64,000 nt of DNA, taken from the NCBI GenBank assembly GCA_002269645.1, contig NIVC01001377.1, forward strand, positions 62,001 through 126,000, in the 5' to 3' direction. This stretch comes from Macrostomum lignano (Eukaryota). Positions 1-12,049 of this stretch are shown here, piece by piece. The first letter of the stretch is position 1. Each line of letters opens with the position of its first letter. The notes below the pieces were generated by a model, which was given only the letters and a program-made list of their open reading frames with translations, did not search any database and was not told the origin of the DNA. The position numbers were made by a program, and so were the translations under genes.

Positions 1-788
1 GAGATGAGGAACTTGACGATTTCAGAGTGACCACAGATAGCAGCCTTTTCGGCAGCTTTGATGCAGGTGTCCCTGTTTGATTGCTCATTGATTTGTGGGA
101 CGAGAAACTTGACGATTTTAAAGTGACCATTGATTGCAGCAGATATGGCAGCTTTGATGCAGCAGGTGTCCCTGTTTGATTGGTCATTGATTTGTGGGAC
201 GAGAAACTTGACGATTTCAAAGTGACCATTGTCTGCAGCATTTTCGGCAGCTTTGATGCAGCAGATGTCCCTGTTTGATTGGTCATTGATTTGTGGGACG
301 AGAAACTTGACGGCTTCAAAGTGACCACTGATTGCAGCATTTTCGGCAGCTCTGATGCAGCAGGTGTCCCTGTTTGATTGGTCAATTATGTGTGGGACGA
401 GAAACTTGACGATTTCAAAGTGACCATATTCTGCAGAATTTTCGGCAGCTTTGATGCAGCAGATGTCCCTGTTTGATTGGTCAATTATGTGTGGGACCAG
501 AAACTTGACGATTTCAAAGTCACCAATTAATACAGCAGTTTCGGCAGCTTTGATGCAGCAGGTGTCCCTGTTTGATTGGTCATTGATTTGTGAGAGGAGA
601 AAATTAGCGATTTCAAAGTGACCATTGATTGCAGCCTTTTCGGCAGCTTTGATGCAGCAGATGTCCCTGTTTGATTGGTCATTGATCTGTGGGACGAGAA
701 ACTGGACGATTTCAAAGTGACCACGAATTGCAGCAGCAAAAATGTGTTCCGTGGTCGGTCGCTGATGTCGGCTTTGACTTTGACCCAT
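1..788 (-). CDS. Ankyrin-repeat protein, 5' part (runs off window); paralog of the ANK-cGLR gene at 36865-37856
   Basis: ATG at 788 gives MGQSQSRHQRPTTEHIFAAAIRGHFEIVQFLVPQINDQSNRDICCIKAAE..., open to the window edge. It has eight 99-bp (33-aa) GHFEIVKFL-type repeats. It is absent from the ORF track because no stop lies in the window. Confidence 0.85.
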   Translation of the reverse strand, partial: MGQSQSRHQRPTTEHIFAAAIRGHFEIVQFLVPQINDQSNRDICCIKAAEKAAINGHFEIANFLLSQINDQSNRDTCCIKAAETAVLIGDFEIVKFLVPHIIDQSNRDICCIKAAENSAEYGHFEIVKFLVPHIIDQSNRDTCCIRAAENAAISGHFEAVKFLVPQINDQSNRDICCIKAAENAADNGHFEIVKFLVPQINDQSNRDTCCIKAAISAAINGHFKIVKFLVPQINEQSNRDTCIKAAEKAAICGHSEIVKFLI

Positions 789-944
789 TGTTCTAAAAAG
801 CCGTATTGGATAAAAAGGTTAAGTGGGAGAAAAAAGGAGAATGGCAGGAAGAGGAGAGGGAGCGGAAATACAGCATTGTAGCTGTAAATTTTTTAATGAA
901 TTTAGAAGAGACTATGAACCTTGCCTGCAATCTTTGGCTGCTGT

Positions 945-1296
945 CAGAGCGGCAGATGTCAGTCACGGTTTGTCAGAGTGGCAGATGTCAGTCACGGCTG
1001 CTGTCAGAGTGGCAGATGTCAGTCACGGCTGCTGTCAGAGTGGCAGATGTCAGTCACGGCTGCTGTCAGAGTGGCAGATGTGAGTCAGGGCTGCTGTCAG
1101 AGTGGCAGATGTCAGTCACGGCTGCTGTCAGAGTGGCAGATGTCAGTCACGGCTGCTGTCAGAGTGGCAGATGTCAGTCACGGCTGCTGTCAGAGCGGCA
1201 GATGTGAGTCACGGCTGCTGTCAGAGCGGCAGATGTGAGTCACGGCTGCTGTCAGAGTGGCAGATGTCAGTCACGGCTGCTGTCAGAGCGGCAGGT
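945..1296. repeat. 31-bp minisatellite (GTCAGAGTGGCAGATGTCAGTCACGGCTGCT)
   Basis: Direct tandem copies; the same array recurs at 37905-38290 in the paralogous segment. Confidence 0.95.
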
Positions 1297-1983
1297 GTTT
1301 CAAAGGTTTGTGCAGCCGGTTGCCAGAAAGATTTCACCGCCTCATCTCTCAGCTGCCCCCCTTTTGCAGCCTCTGGCGAGGCCACCCCTTGACCACCCCG
1401 GCCTTAGCAACCGAAACTTTTCTCTCAAGCGTGAGCGCTTTTGCCTCTGTGCACCCAGCATGGCAACGGAGAGACTGCGGCTGCAGCGGCCACCCCCAGC
1501 TGTACTTGATGAGGCTGAGCTGACCCATTGTGCCTCAGTGCAGTGTGAGATCTTTAAATGCATTTAATGGCCCACTGAGCGGTGTAAAATGCTGCTCAGT
1601 ACCGCAGTGCATCGGTTTGAGTAGGCGGTCAAATGTACAGAAATGCATTGTTAAATTTGGCCAGTTTTCTCTCTCACTCTGCTCACTGGCATTCTTAACT
1701 GCAGCTGCTGCAGAGCATTGGCTGGCTGGCAACAGGGCTCTGGCTCTCTCCCGACTCTCCTATGCTTTCACTGTCCCTCTAGTGCGCAGCTCAGGCAGTT
1801 GAGAGTCTGCTGGGCTGAGTTTGGCGAGTGCATTTAGCAGCAATAATTGACATTCTTTTGCTTTTCTACAGAAGCCTCTCATCACTGCCGCTCCTTCTGT
1901 TTCATGTTTTGAACAGGTGGCAACCGGCCCCTGTGGCAGGACTTGGCTTGCAAGCGCAGGCAGAAACTTGCAGTGACGATTGC

Positions 1984-2956
1984 TCGGCAAGAGACAGGGG
2001 TGCCCGGCAAGAGACAGGGGTGCCTGGCAAGAGACAGGGGTGCCCGGCAAGAGACAGGGGTGCCTGGCAAGAGACAGGGGTGCCCGGCAAGAGACAGGGG
2101 TGCCCGGCAAGAGACAGGGGTGCCCGGCAAGAGACAGGGGTGCCCGGCAAGAGACAGGGGTGCATGGCAAGAGACAGGGGTGCCCGGCAAGAGACAGGGG
2201 TGCCCGGCAAGAGACAGGGGTGCCCGGCAAGAGACAGGGGTGCCCGGCAAGAGACAGGGGTGCCCGGCAAGAGACAGGGGTGCCCGGCAAGAGACAGGGG
2301 TGCCCGGCAAGAGACAGGGGCGCCCGGCAAGAGACAGGGGCGCCCGGCAAGAGACAGGGGTGCCCGGCAAGAGACAGGAGTGCCCGGCAAGAGACAGGGG
2401 AGCCCGGCAAGAGACAGGAGTGCCCGGCAAGAGACAGGGGTGCCCGGCAAGAGACAGGGGTGCCCGGCAAGAGACAGGGGTGCCTGGCAAGAGACAGGGG
2501 TGCCCGGCAAGAGACAGGGGTGCCCGGCAAGAGACAGGGGTGCCCGGCAAGAGACAGGGGCGCCCGGCAAGAGACAGGGGTGCATGGCAAGAGACAGGGG
2601 TGCCCGGCAAGAGACAGGGGTGCCCGGCAAGAGACAGGGGTGCCCGGCAAGAGACAGGGGTGCCCGGCAAGAGACAGGGGTGCCCGGCAAGAGACAGGGG
2701 TGCCCGGCAAGAGACAGGGGTGCCCGGCAAGAGACAGGGGCGCCCGGCAAGAGACAGGGGTGCCCGGCAAGAGACAGGGGTGCCCGGCAAGAGACAGGAG
2801 TGCCCGGCAAGAGACAGGGGTGCCCGGCAAGAGACAGGGGTGCCCGGCAAGAGACAGGGGCGCCCGGCAAGAGACAGGGGTGCCCGGCAAGAGACAGGGG
2901 TGCCCGGCAAGAGACAGGGGTGCCCGGCAAGAGACAGGAGTGCCCGGCAAGAGACT
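1984..2956. repeat. 20-bp minisatellite (GGCAAGAGACAGGGGTGCCC), ~48 copies
   Basis: Direct tandem copies; explains the six overlapping repetitive ORFs. Confidence 0.97.
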
Positions 2957-3223
2957 GTGCAAAATCTAGAGTACTTTTTTAACGCCAGCCGTAGTCAATA
3001 TCTCTTTTTCCCAAGAGCTTTATGAGAATATATATTTTTGATTTGCTTGACTGTGGCTCTCTCGTGTTTGCCCCAGAATGCATGCTTGCGTCACCTTGCA
3101 GCTGAGCTCTGCAGCCGCTCCATGTGGCTTTTGGTTTCGCAAATATAAGCCCGACATTTACTCGGATCTGACGTAACTTGTCCGTTGACTGTCTCCGTGT
3201 TGGCTTTGCTTTCTATACTGAGG

Positions 3224-3690
3224 TCCTCAGCTCCATCACCCAGCTGCCCAGATCCTCAGCTCCATCACCCAGCTGCCCAGTTGCCCAGACCCTCAGCTCC
3301 ATCACCCATCTGCCCAGATCCTCAGCTCCATCACCCACCTGCCCAGATCCTCAGCTCCATCACTCAGCTGCCCAGCTCCTCAGCTCCATCACCCACCTGC
3401 CCAGCTCCTCAGCTCCATCACCCACCTGCCCAGATCCTCAGCTCCATCACCCACCTGCCCAGATCCTCAGCTCCATCACCCATCTGCCCAGATCCACAGC
3501 TCCATCACCCAGCTGCCCAGATCCTCAGCTCCATCACCTACCTGCCGAGAACCTCAGCTCCATCACCCATCTGCCCAGATTCTCAGCTCCATCACCCAGC
3601 TGCCCAGATCCTCAGCTCCATCACCTACCTGCTGAGAACCTCAGCTCCATCACCCTGCTGCCCAGATCCTCAGCTCCATCACCATCCTTG
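3224..3690. repeat. ~29-bp minisatellite (CAGATCCTCAGCTCCATCACCCACCTGCC)
   Basis: Degenerate tandem copies. Confidence 0.9.
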
Positions 3691-4095
3691 CAGATCCTCT
3701 CACCTATTTTTAAGCACACAAGTTTCCCATATGCTTGTGGAGTTTATTGACACCAGTTCCTACGAAACTGACTGCTATAGTTTATCTGCGAAAAATCCGC
3801 AACAGGTTTCAATATTCCTTACTTTCTACTTCCTACTTCATCAGTAGTGTACATAAACTGTGAGCACAGAAATGTTCTGAAATTAGCGCGTATATTTTCG
3901 TGAAAGAAGCCAGACTTCCCCTATTATGGCATTAGACACTAGAGCATACATTCTACTAACTGATCTATACTGATCAGTTAGTGATCAGTGGTGGTGATCT
4001 ATACTGATCTATAGAGCTTTAGGGGTAGGATGCTTAAGGCTGCTTGTTAGTGTGTTAGAGGCGAGTTGCTAGAGTGTCAGAGACTGTCAGGATGC

Positions 4096-4680
4096 TTGAG
4101 CTGGCTCAGAATCTGCTGCTCAACTGCCTGCTGAGCAGAGCTGGTTAACTGGCTCAGAATCTGCTGCTCAACTGCCTGCTGAGCACAGCTGGTTAACTGG
4201 CTCAGAATCTGCTGCTCAACTGCCTGCTGAGCACAGCTGGTTAACTGGCTCAGAATCTGCTGCTCAACTGCCTGCTGAGCACAGCTGGTTAACTGGCTCA
4301 GAATCTGCTGCTCAACTGCCTGCTGAGCACAGCTGGTTAACTGGGTCAGAATCTGCTGCTCAACTGCCTGCTGAGCACAGCTGGTTAACTGGGTCAGAAT
4401 CTGCTGCTCAACTGCCTGCTGAGCACAGCTGGTTAACTGGCTCAGAATCTGCTGCTCAACTGCCTGCTGAGCAGAGCTGGTTAACTGGGTCAGAATCTGC
4501 TGCTCAACTGCCTGCTGAGCACAGCTGGTTAACTGGCTCAGAATCTGCTGCTCAACTGCCTGCTGAGCAGAGCTGGTTAACTGGGTCAGAATCTGCTGCT
4601 CAACTGCCTGCTGAGCACAGCTGGTTAACTGGCTCAGAATCTGCTGCTCAACTGCCTGCTGAGCAGAGCTGGCTAACTGA
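4096..4680. repeat. 48-bp tandem repeat
   Basis: Unit CTCAGAATCTGCTGCTCAACTGCCTGCTGAGCACAGCTGGTTAACTGG, ~12 copies. Confidence 0.95.
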
Positions 4681-4732
4681 ATCGCCTGAACTGGCACTGG
4701 AAATCGCTCACAAAAATCGCCCCAAATCGCCC

Positions 4733-5425
4733 AAGGTCGAGACGAAGCGCGCGATGCCCCGCAAAGAAGCCAACAACCCGGAGGCGCACATCCCCACCAA
4801 GAAGCTTTTTGTCGGCACCCTTCGCAAGGACGTCACCGACCAGCTGCTGCGGGACTTTCTCAGCCTACGGCACAATTGTCGACGCGTACATCGTCAAAGA
4901 CAACGCCACGGGAGACAGTCGCGGCTTCGGCTTCGTCGTGTTCGATGACTATGACCCCGTGGACAAAGCGATGCTGTACAAGCCTCACCTGCAGCGCGCT
5001 GGAGGCTCAGTCAGCATCACGGACGTGAAGAAAGGCCTCACCAAGGAGGAGCTGGCCAGCGCGCACTTTCTCGAGCAGCAGCAGTCGCACGGCATGCAGG
5101 CCAACATGGGCGGCCCTCCCGGCGCTATGATGATGTCAGGCGGTGGCATGGGGCCCTGGGGTCCCATGATGGGAGCCATGATGGGCGGTGGCAGCGGACC
5201 GAAGCTGCAGCAGCAGCAGCAGCAGCAGCAGTACGAAAGCAGCCGCAGGCCGCGTCTTCAAAGCCCTCCAAGAGTCCCGCTGGGGCTGGCGGCGGCGGCG
5301 GCCCAGGACCCAACGGCATGGGCGGCCCTGGCGGCTCGATGGGACCCTACGGACCCATGGGCATGATGGGACCCGGTCCTATGGGTCCTATGGGCATGAT
5401 GGGACCCTTTCCCATGGGTCCTATG
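4733..5425 (+). pseudogene. hnRNP A/B-family RRM protein fragment (second RRM plus Gly/Met/Pro-rich tail), frameshifted
   Basis: Joined frames read VETKRAMPRKEANNPEAHIPTKKLFVGTL (RNP2) ... SRGFGFVVFDDYDPVDK (RNP1), closely paralleling the hnRNP A1 linker and RRM2. There are frameshifts near 4856 and near 5280, and no RRM1 is visible upstream. Confidence 0.75.
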
Positions 5426-5694
5426 GTTGAATTCTCTGACGCTTGGCTGCAATATCGGCTGGAACTGGAGCTGGCGGTCGCTTTCTGGCTAGGCGACGTC
5501 CTGAACCTGTGTGGACAGCGACATCAGCGGAAGCGTCGCCAGCAGCGGCATCGGCAGCGGAGGCGGAGACAACGGCGATCAATGTCGCTATCGCTGTTGC
5601 CGTACAGCTGGTTTACTCTGCCGTTGAGATCCTCCGAGTTAAACGATACGGCAAGCAGTGGATTACTCGTAGGGTCGGCAACGGCAAGCAGGAC

Positions 5695-5895
5695 GGCGCC
5701 AGGCACGGTGTCGCCAGACACAGCGGCGCCAGACACAGCGGCGCCAGACACAGCGTCGCCAGACACAGCGGCGCCAGACACAGCGGCGCCAGACACAGCG
5801 GCGCCAGACACAGCGGCGCCAGACACAGCGGCGCCAGACACAGCGGCGCCAGACACAGCGGCGCCAGACCCAGTGGCGCCAGACACGGCAGCGCC
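5695..5895. repeat. 15-bp minisatellite (AGACACAGCGGCGCC)
   Basis: Tandem copies. Confidence 0.93.
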
Positions 5896-6559
5896 AGCGG
5901 CAAGCAGGACGGCATGTCGATGTCGCTGCTTTTTTGCCATCGGCACCGCGGAGGAGCCCTGGACGCAGTCGCTGATGGCCCGCAACCGACATGTCAGCAG
6001 ACGGCGGATTTTGCGTCCTATGCAGAATGCTGTCCAGGTCGTAATCTGATGGAGGAACGATAGAAAGTAGCAAGTTTTTTAGCGAATTCATTTAACAGGC
6101 TGCCTTGAATTGGAGCTCTGGCGCTCAGGATGTCCTCTTGCAGCGCTGCCGCACTCGACACCAACTTCTTCGTTAGGTCACGGCCCTGCTTCCGCCTCTC
6201 CTTGGCCTGGCCCTGTTTGCATTCTCAGAGGGGATTGCAGGTTTGATGGGGTCAGAAGAGTAAAATTAATGAAAAACAATACGATATAATACTCGTAATG
6301 GTGTAAACTACATTCGCACATTGGTGCAAGGGTCAAATGCGCAGCTTTAATGACTGAACCTATGCTATATGCAGCTATTCAGTGTATTGAATTTAGTTTT
6401 TATTCACGACTTTTTATTAACTCACAAAAGGTACAACTGCTTTCTAAATAATAAAATAAGTTTAGATTAGTTGCTAAGGAATCCAACTTTTCGCTTAAAA
6501 TGTGATTTTTGTCGTTTCAGAAGTCTTCTGTGACAATTATTTAGCAAATTTAGCGATTT

Positions 6560-6850
6560 TACCTGGTAAAATTGGCGCTGCATACCTTCGGTGTGATGCT
6601 GGTGGTCAGCCATGAGCCGCTGCTCCTCCGCAGAGCAGTTCGACAGGCCCATGACTTCCAACCATTGCCGAAACTTTGAAACGGTGACGTTCTTGAGCAG
6701 CGCAGAATACCTTTCTCGATACTGGTACAGTAGACCAGTCTGTCAAAGGACAATACAATCGCGCCAGGTCATGGTCCTTTGGACGCTCAGCGAAGCGCTG
6801 GGCCAGCAGCTGCATGAGCAGGTCGGCGCAAGGCGCGATGCTGACCCAGG
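6560..6850 (-). other. Possible tyrosine-recombinase-like (Crypton-type) exon fragment, frameshifted
   Basis: Joined frames read ...VTVSKFRQWLEVMGLSNCSAEEQRLMADHQHHTEGMQRQFYQ followed by a GT donor. The spacing R...(MGH-like)...FY resembles the C-terminal YR catalytic motifs. This is motif resemblance only. Confidence 0.3.
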
Positions 6851-7244
6851 CCGACCCATGCTTTGCGTTCGACTTGTGACTTGAATTGAATTGAATGATG
6901 CGAAATAGAAATTTGAGAAATAGATTGAGTATGCATGAAAAAGATGTATATGCTCAAAAATGGCGATGAAATCAGTCATCAACAAACCAAAGAGTAGATA
7001 AACTTTCATTGGTTGCAATTTTGACTCCACTTTGGTGACTAATTAAAGTTCTCAATTTTACATATTTGGAACTGCTTGACACTATTCTTTACGATAATGG
7101 CGCAATCATAAGTTTGGTGCAACAAATTTGCTTAGATAGGTGTCTTCCACCATGAACCACGTATCACTTTCACTGAGCATAGTGCAATCTTGAGCATACT
7201 CAGAGCACGTATTTGCTTTTAAACATGTATTCATGCATTCATGT

Positions 7245-7410
7245 ATTGGGGTATGTGCAGGTGTATTGTGGTATGCGCAGGTGTATTGGGGTATGCGCAG
7301 GTGTATTGGGGTATGTGCAGGTGTATTGGGGTATGTGCAGGTGTATTGTGGTATGTGCAGGTGTATTGGGGTATGTGCAGGTGTATTGGGGTATGTGCAG
7401 GTGTATTGGG
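7245..7410. repeat. 20-bp minisatellite (GTGTATTGGGGTATGTGCAG)
   Basis: Tandem copies. Confidence 0.93.
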
Positions 7411-7645
7411 CTAAATGTGCCGTCACGAGACTCACCGGTGCTCGCAGGCAGGGCTTCAAGCGGCAGCAGTGCAGGCGGTCCGTCAGACTTGGCACCGCAG
7501 AATCCGCAACATTCGCGGGCTCCACAGCAGATGGCAGCCCTGGCATTTAAGCAGTCGCTGCCAGAGGTGCGGAGGCTGAGGTAAACAGTCATCTATAACT
7601 GCTAGCTTGCCGCCTTTGGCTATGCGGGGACCGAAAATGCTACTT

Positions 7646-7917
7646 CAGAGGTCGGCAAACTTCGGCCCGCGAGGCCTCTTTATCCGGCCCTCGGCTCCAC
7701 TGAAACCTCACAATAGCAATCCGGCTTGCTCCAGTTTTGTGTATCTTCTCTCCTCTCTCCTATCCTCTCTCCTCCCTCTTCTCTCTTCTCTCCCTTCTCT
7801 TGTCTCTCCTCTCTTTTCTAATCTTGTTTTTTTTCTTATCTCATCACTCCCCTCTCCTTTCCACTCTCATCTGGCCCGCAGCCATGAGCTCAAAGGTCAA
7901 AGGTTTGCCGACCCTTG
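7646..7917. mobile_element. hAT-type MITE (272 bp)
   Basis: Ends CAGAGGTCGGCAAAC and GTTTGCCGACCCTTG form a 13/15 inverted match. A CGGCCCGCG subterminal motif is present. The 8-bp flanks TGCTACTT / TGCCACAT match 6/8, consistent with a decayed hAT TSD. Confidence 0.6.
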
Positions 7918-8129
7918 TGCCACATGGACATCAACAGCATTTCCAAACTGAGCTGCAGCCTGATAAGAATCGCAGCTGTTTATCCAGCACATTTCAGCCG
8001 TCACTGGCCATTGTGAAGATTGCTATCGCCGTGGCAGAGGTGCACAGGAGCGATCTGGTATGCAGCCCTCTCGAGTCCATCTGCATCAACAGGCACAGCT
8101 GCCGCTTGCCAAGTCTGATGGTTCAGTTG

Positions 8130-8515
8130 CAGTGTGAGGCTGTGCAGGGAGCAGTGTGAGGCTGTGAAGGGAGCAGTGTGAGGCTGTGCAGGGAGCAGTG
8201 TGCGGCTGTGCAGGGAGCAGAGTGATGCTGTGCAGGGAGCAGTGTGAGGCTGTGCAGGGAGCTGTGTGAGGCTGTGCAGGGAGCAGTGTGAGGCTGTCCA
8301 GGGAGCAGTGTGAGGCTGTGAAGGGAGCAGTGTGAGGCTGTGCAGGGAGCAGTGTGAGGCTGTGCAGGGAGCAGAGTGAGGCTGTGCAGGGAGCAGTGTG
8401 AGGCTGTGCAGGGAGCAGTGTGAGGCTGTGCAGGGAGCTGTGTGAGGCTGTGCAGGGAGCAGTGTGAGGCTGTGCAGGGAGCAGTGTGAGGCTGTGCAGG
8501 GAGCGGTGTGAGACT
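8130..8515. repeat. 22-bp minisatellite (GTGTGAGGCTGTGCAGGGAGCA)
   Basis: Tandem copies. Confidence 0.93.
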
Positions 8516-8899
8516 GTGGACAGATGGGGTCCAGCTTCCTAAGCTCATTCTTCAGAGTCTGTATTATACTTTCGACTGCTTCGCACTCTGACAAAAAGTA
8601 CACATCGGATCCATGCAAAGCCTCTGCAGAGGCACAGCCGCTCTCCAAGCTGAATGTCCGGCCATCTGCTGCTACATCCGATGACGAATATCTTGAGACG
8701 AATTCGAGGAGATTCCAGCAGCAGTCGGGACGAAGCGCTCAGATCACCGCAGACGCAGTCGAATGCAGTGCCGCGCAGCACATCGACTGTGCAAAATCCA
8801 GAGTACTTTTTTAACGCCAGCCGTAGTCAATATCGGAACATTCTGGCAGAGTCGCCCCGAACAATCAGGGCGGAGTAGCTGATGAGGCGTTTCCACAGC

Positions 8900-9505
8900 T
8901 TCCGCTGCAGCCACCTTCAGAACTGCAGCCGCTGCCGCCACCTTCAGAACTACAGCCGCTGCCGCCACCTTCAGAACTACAGCTGCTGCCGCCACCTTCA
9001 GAACTACAGCCGCTGCCGCCACCTTCAGAACTACAGCCGCTGCCGCCACCTTCAGAACTACAGCCGCTGCCGCCACCTTCAGAACTACAGCCGCTGCCGC
9101 CACCTTCAGAACTACAGCTGCTGCCGCCACCTTCAGAACTACAGCTGCTGCCGCCACCTTCAGAACTACAGCCGCTGCCGCCACCTTCAGAACTACAGCC
9201 GCTGCCGCCACCTTCAGAACTACAGCCGCTGCCGCCACCTTCAGAACTACAGCCGCTGCCGCCACCTTCAGAACTACAGCTGCTGCCGCCACCTTCAGAA
9301 CTACAGCTGCTGCCGCCACCTTCAGCACTACAGCCGCTGCCGCTACCTTCAGAACTACAGCCGCTGCCGCCACCTTCAGAACTACAGCCGCTGCCGCCAC
9401 CTTCAGAACTACAGCTGCTGCCGCCACCTTTAGAACTACAGCCGCTGCCGCCACCTTCAGAACTACAGCTGCTGCCGCCACCTTCAGAACTACAGCCGCA
9501 GCCGC
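8900..9505. repeat. 27-bp minisatellite (CCACCTTCAGAACTACAGCCGCTGCCG)
   Basis: ~22 tandem copies. Confidence 0.95.
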
Positions 9506-9754
9506 CTGTGACGCATCCTCTACAGTCGCAGGCGTCCCGAAGCACCTCGGTGGGAAGTCACTCTCTGAGAAAGATTCAAATTTGAGCTGTGTTTAACCGC
9601 TTGCTGCTGGAATTCATCCAACACTGGTTTCTGTCAGACTGACTCGCATTATGGTTTTTCAGCATTGATTGCAGTGTAGCGAAGGTTCTGCACAGACTTT
9701 GCTGTTTAACTCCTCGATAACTACTAGTCCCGGTTGTTAGGGGAATCCCTGATG

Positions 9755-10205
9755 AGGTTGCTCAAGTTGATGGGTAATCAAAGATCAGGTTGCTCCGGTT
9801 GATGGGTAATCAAAGATCAGGTTGCTCCGGTTGATGGGTAATCAAAGATCAGGTTGCTCCGGTTGATGGCTAATCAAAGATCAGGTTGCTATGGTAATCC
9901 CAGATCAGGTTGCTAGGGTAATCCCAGATCAGGTTGCTAGGGTAATCCCAGATCAGGTTGCTAGGGTAATCCCAGATCAGGTTGCTAGGGTAATGCCAGA
10001 TCAGGTTGCTAGTGTAATGCCAGATCAGGTTGCTAGGGTAATCCCAGATCAGGTTGCTAGGGTAATGCCAGATCAGGTTGCTAGTGTAATGCCAGATCAG
10101 GTTGCTAGGGGAATCCCAGATCAGGTTGCTAGGGTAATCCCAGATCAGGTTGCTAGGGGAATCCCAGATCAGGTTGCTAAGGGAATCCCTGATGAGATTG
10201 CTGAT
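9755..10205. repeat. Compound minisatellite: 32-bp units grading into related 24-bp units (CAGATCAGGTTGCTAGGGTAATCC)
   Basis: Both unit types share GATCAGGTTGCT...GGTAATC. Confidence 0.9.
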
Positions 10206-10874
10206 TGCTAGGGTAATCCCAGTTCGGGTTGCTGGGGGATCCCCAAATATTTAGCGCAGCAAATGTTCACTTGCAGCAGTTGAGCATCAGTGAGGCAGTC
10301 AGCAGCTTGAGGTACTCAATTCCGTCAAGAAGGTGCAAAGCTGCCTACGTGTGCATCTGGAATGCACTGCTGAGGCAATTGCTGTGGCGCTCAGTGGCTG
10401 AGCAGCTCGGCTTTGAGCTCCGAGTGAAACATGGGTGGAGATATGAATTTACCGAGCCGAGCGGCCACCCACAGCCGGAAGTTCAGGAGGTGCCGCTGCT
10501 GGCGCTGCAAGCCGCCACCGGCGATTCTGCGACTGCCTGCTGGCTGAGGAGGTGCCGGCTGACCTTTGATGTTTCTGTGGCCTTGCAGCCTTTTATGTAC
10601 TTTTATTCTTGTCTGCAGGCACTTTGGAGGTGATCAACTGTAGGATTCTCATGTTATAATCAGGAATTATGTTGTTGTTTGTTGTTCAGCTCTCAACCAA
10701 GGACGACTCGCGGCATTTTGAAGGCAGCATTGTGGGGCAGGAGACACAAATGGGGAACCACGAATAATTATTTTCAAATTTATTTATGAACTTGAAAAGG
10801 CAAGCAAGCGTATTTTAACAAAGCAACATGAAATATGAAACAGCAATAAATAAAACAATGGAATTTCAGTTATT

Positions 10875-11616
10875 GTTCATGAGGGAGCTGTCAGGCTGTC
10901 AGTCACTGAATGTTAATGAGGGAGCTGTCAGGCTGTCAGTCACTGAATGTTCGTGAGGGAGCTGTCAGGCTGTCAGTCACTGAATGTTTGTGAGGGAGCT
11001 GTCAGGCTGTCAGTCACTGAATGTTCATGAGGGAGCTGTCAGGCTGTCAGTCACTGAATGTTCATGAGGGAGCTGTCAGGCTGTCAGTCACTGAATGTTC
11101 ATGAGTGAGCTGTCAGGCTGTCAGTCAGTGAATGTTCGTGAGGGAGCTGTCAGGCTGTCAGTCACTGAATGTTCATGAGGGAGCTGTCAGGCTGTCAGTC
11201 ACTGAATGTTCATGAGTGAGCTGTCAGGCTGTCAGTCACTGAATGTTCGTGAGGGAGCTGTCAGGCTGTCAGTCACTGAATGTTCATGAGTGAGCTGTCA
11301 GGCTGTCAGTCAGTGAATGTTCGTGAGGGAGCTGTCAGGCTGTCAGTCAGTGAATGTTCGTGAGGGAGCTGTCAGGCTGTCAGTCACTGAATGTTCGTGA
11401 GGGAGCTGTCAGGCTGTCAGTCACTGAATGTTCATGAGGGAGCTGTCAGGCTGTCAGTCACTGAATGTTCATGAGGGAGCTGTCAGGCTGTCAGTCAGTG
11501 AATGTTGATGAGTGAGCTGTCAGGCTGTCAGTCAGTGAATGTTCATGAGGGAGCTGTCAGGCTGTCAGTCACTGAATGTTCATGAGGGAGCTATCAGGCT
11601 GTCAGTCACTGAATGT
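10875..11616. repeat. 37-bp minisatellite (GAGGGAGCTGTCAGGCTGTCAGTCACTGAATGTTCAT)
   Basis: ~20 copies; a shorter array of the same unit lies at 16549-16685 in a paralogous segment. Confidence 0.95.
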
Positions 11617-12049
11617 CCATAACTACATGATTAAAGTACATGAAATCAACTTGCTGACTGATTGAGCTCACTTTGACTTTTCGGTCCGCCTTGGCTGCTC
11701 AAGGACCCTATCGTGCGTTTCGAAGTAGCCATGGATTTGTCCTGATGTGGCCAGCTTGGCCTCGTGCTGATCTGCCAGTCTGCCCTGACAGGTCCGCCTT
11801 TCACTTCAGTGACGAGTTCGGCCAGTCTTTTGTGCCATCCGAAAGACTTTCCAGCTGCGGAATGAGCTCGGCTTCAGAAAGCGACTGGCGTCCGAGCTTC
11901 CTTAGATATCGGCCGGCTTTCCCCAAAGCCGAAGCTGTTTTGCTTCAGAGCGCAGCGCTTCCGGTTCTTCAGATATCGGCCGATCGGACGTCTGCTGCAC
12001 TCCAAGATGAGAGTTTCGAACTGGACGAATCAGCTTTGCCAGGTGCGTC

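Noticed and set aside
1760-3025. Six 330-400-aa overlapping ORFs
   Set aside because: They are translations of the 20-bp minisatellite in all frames.
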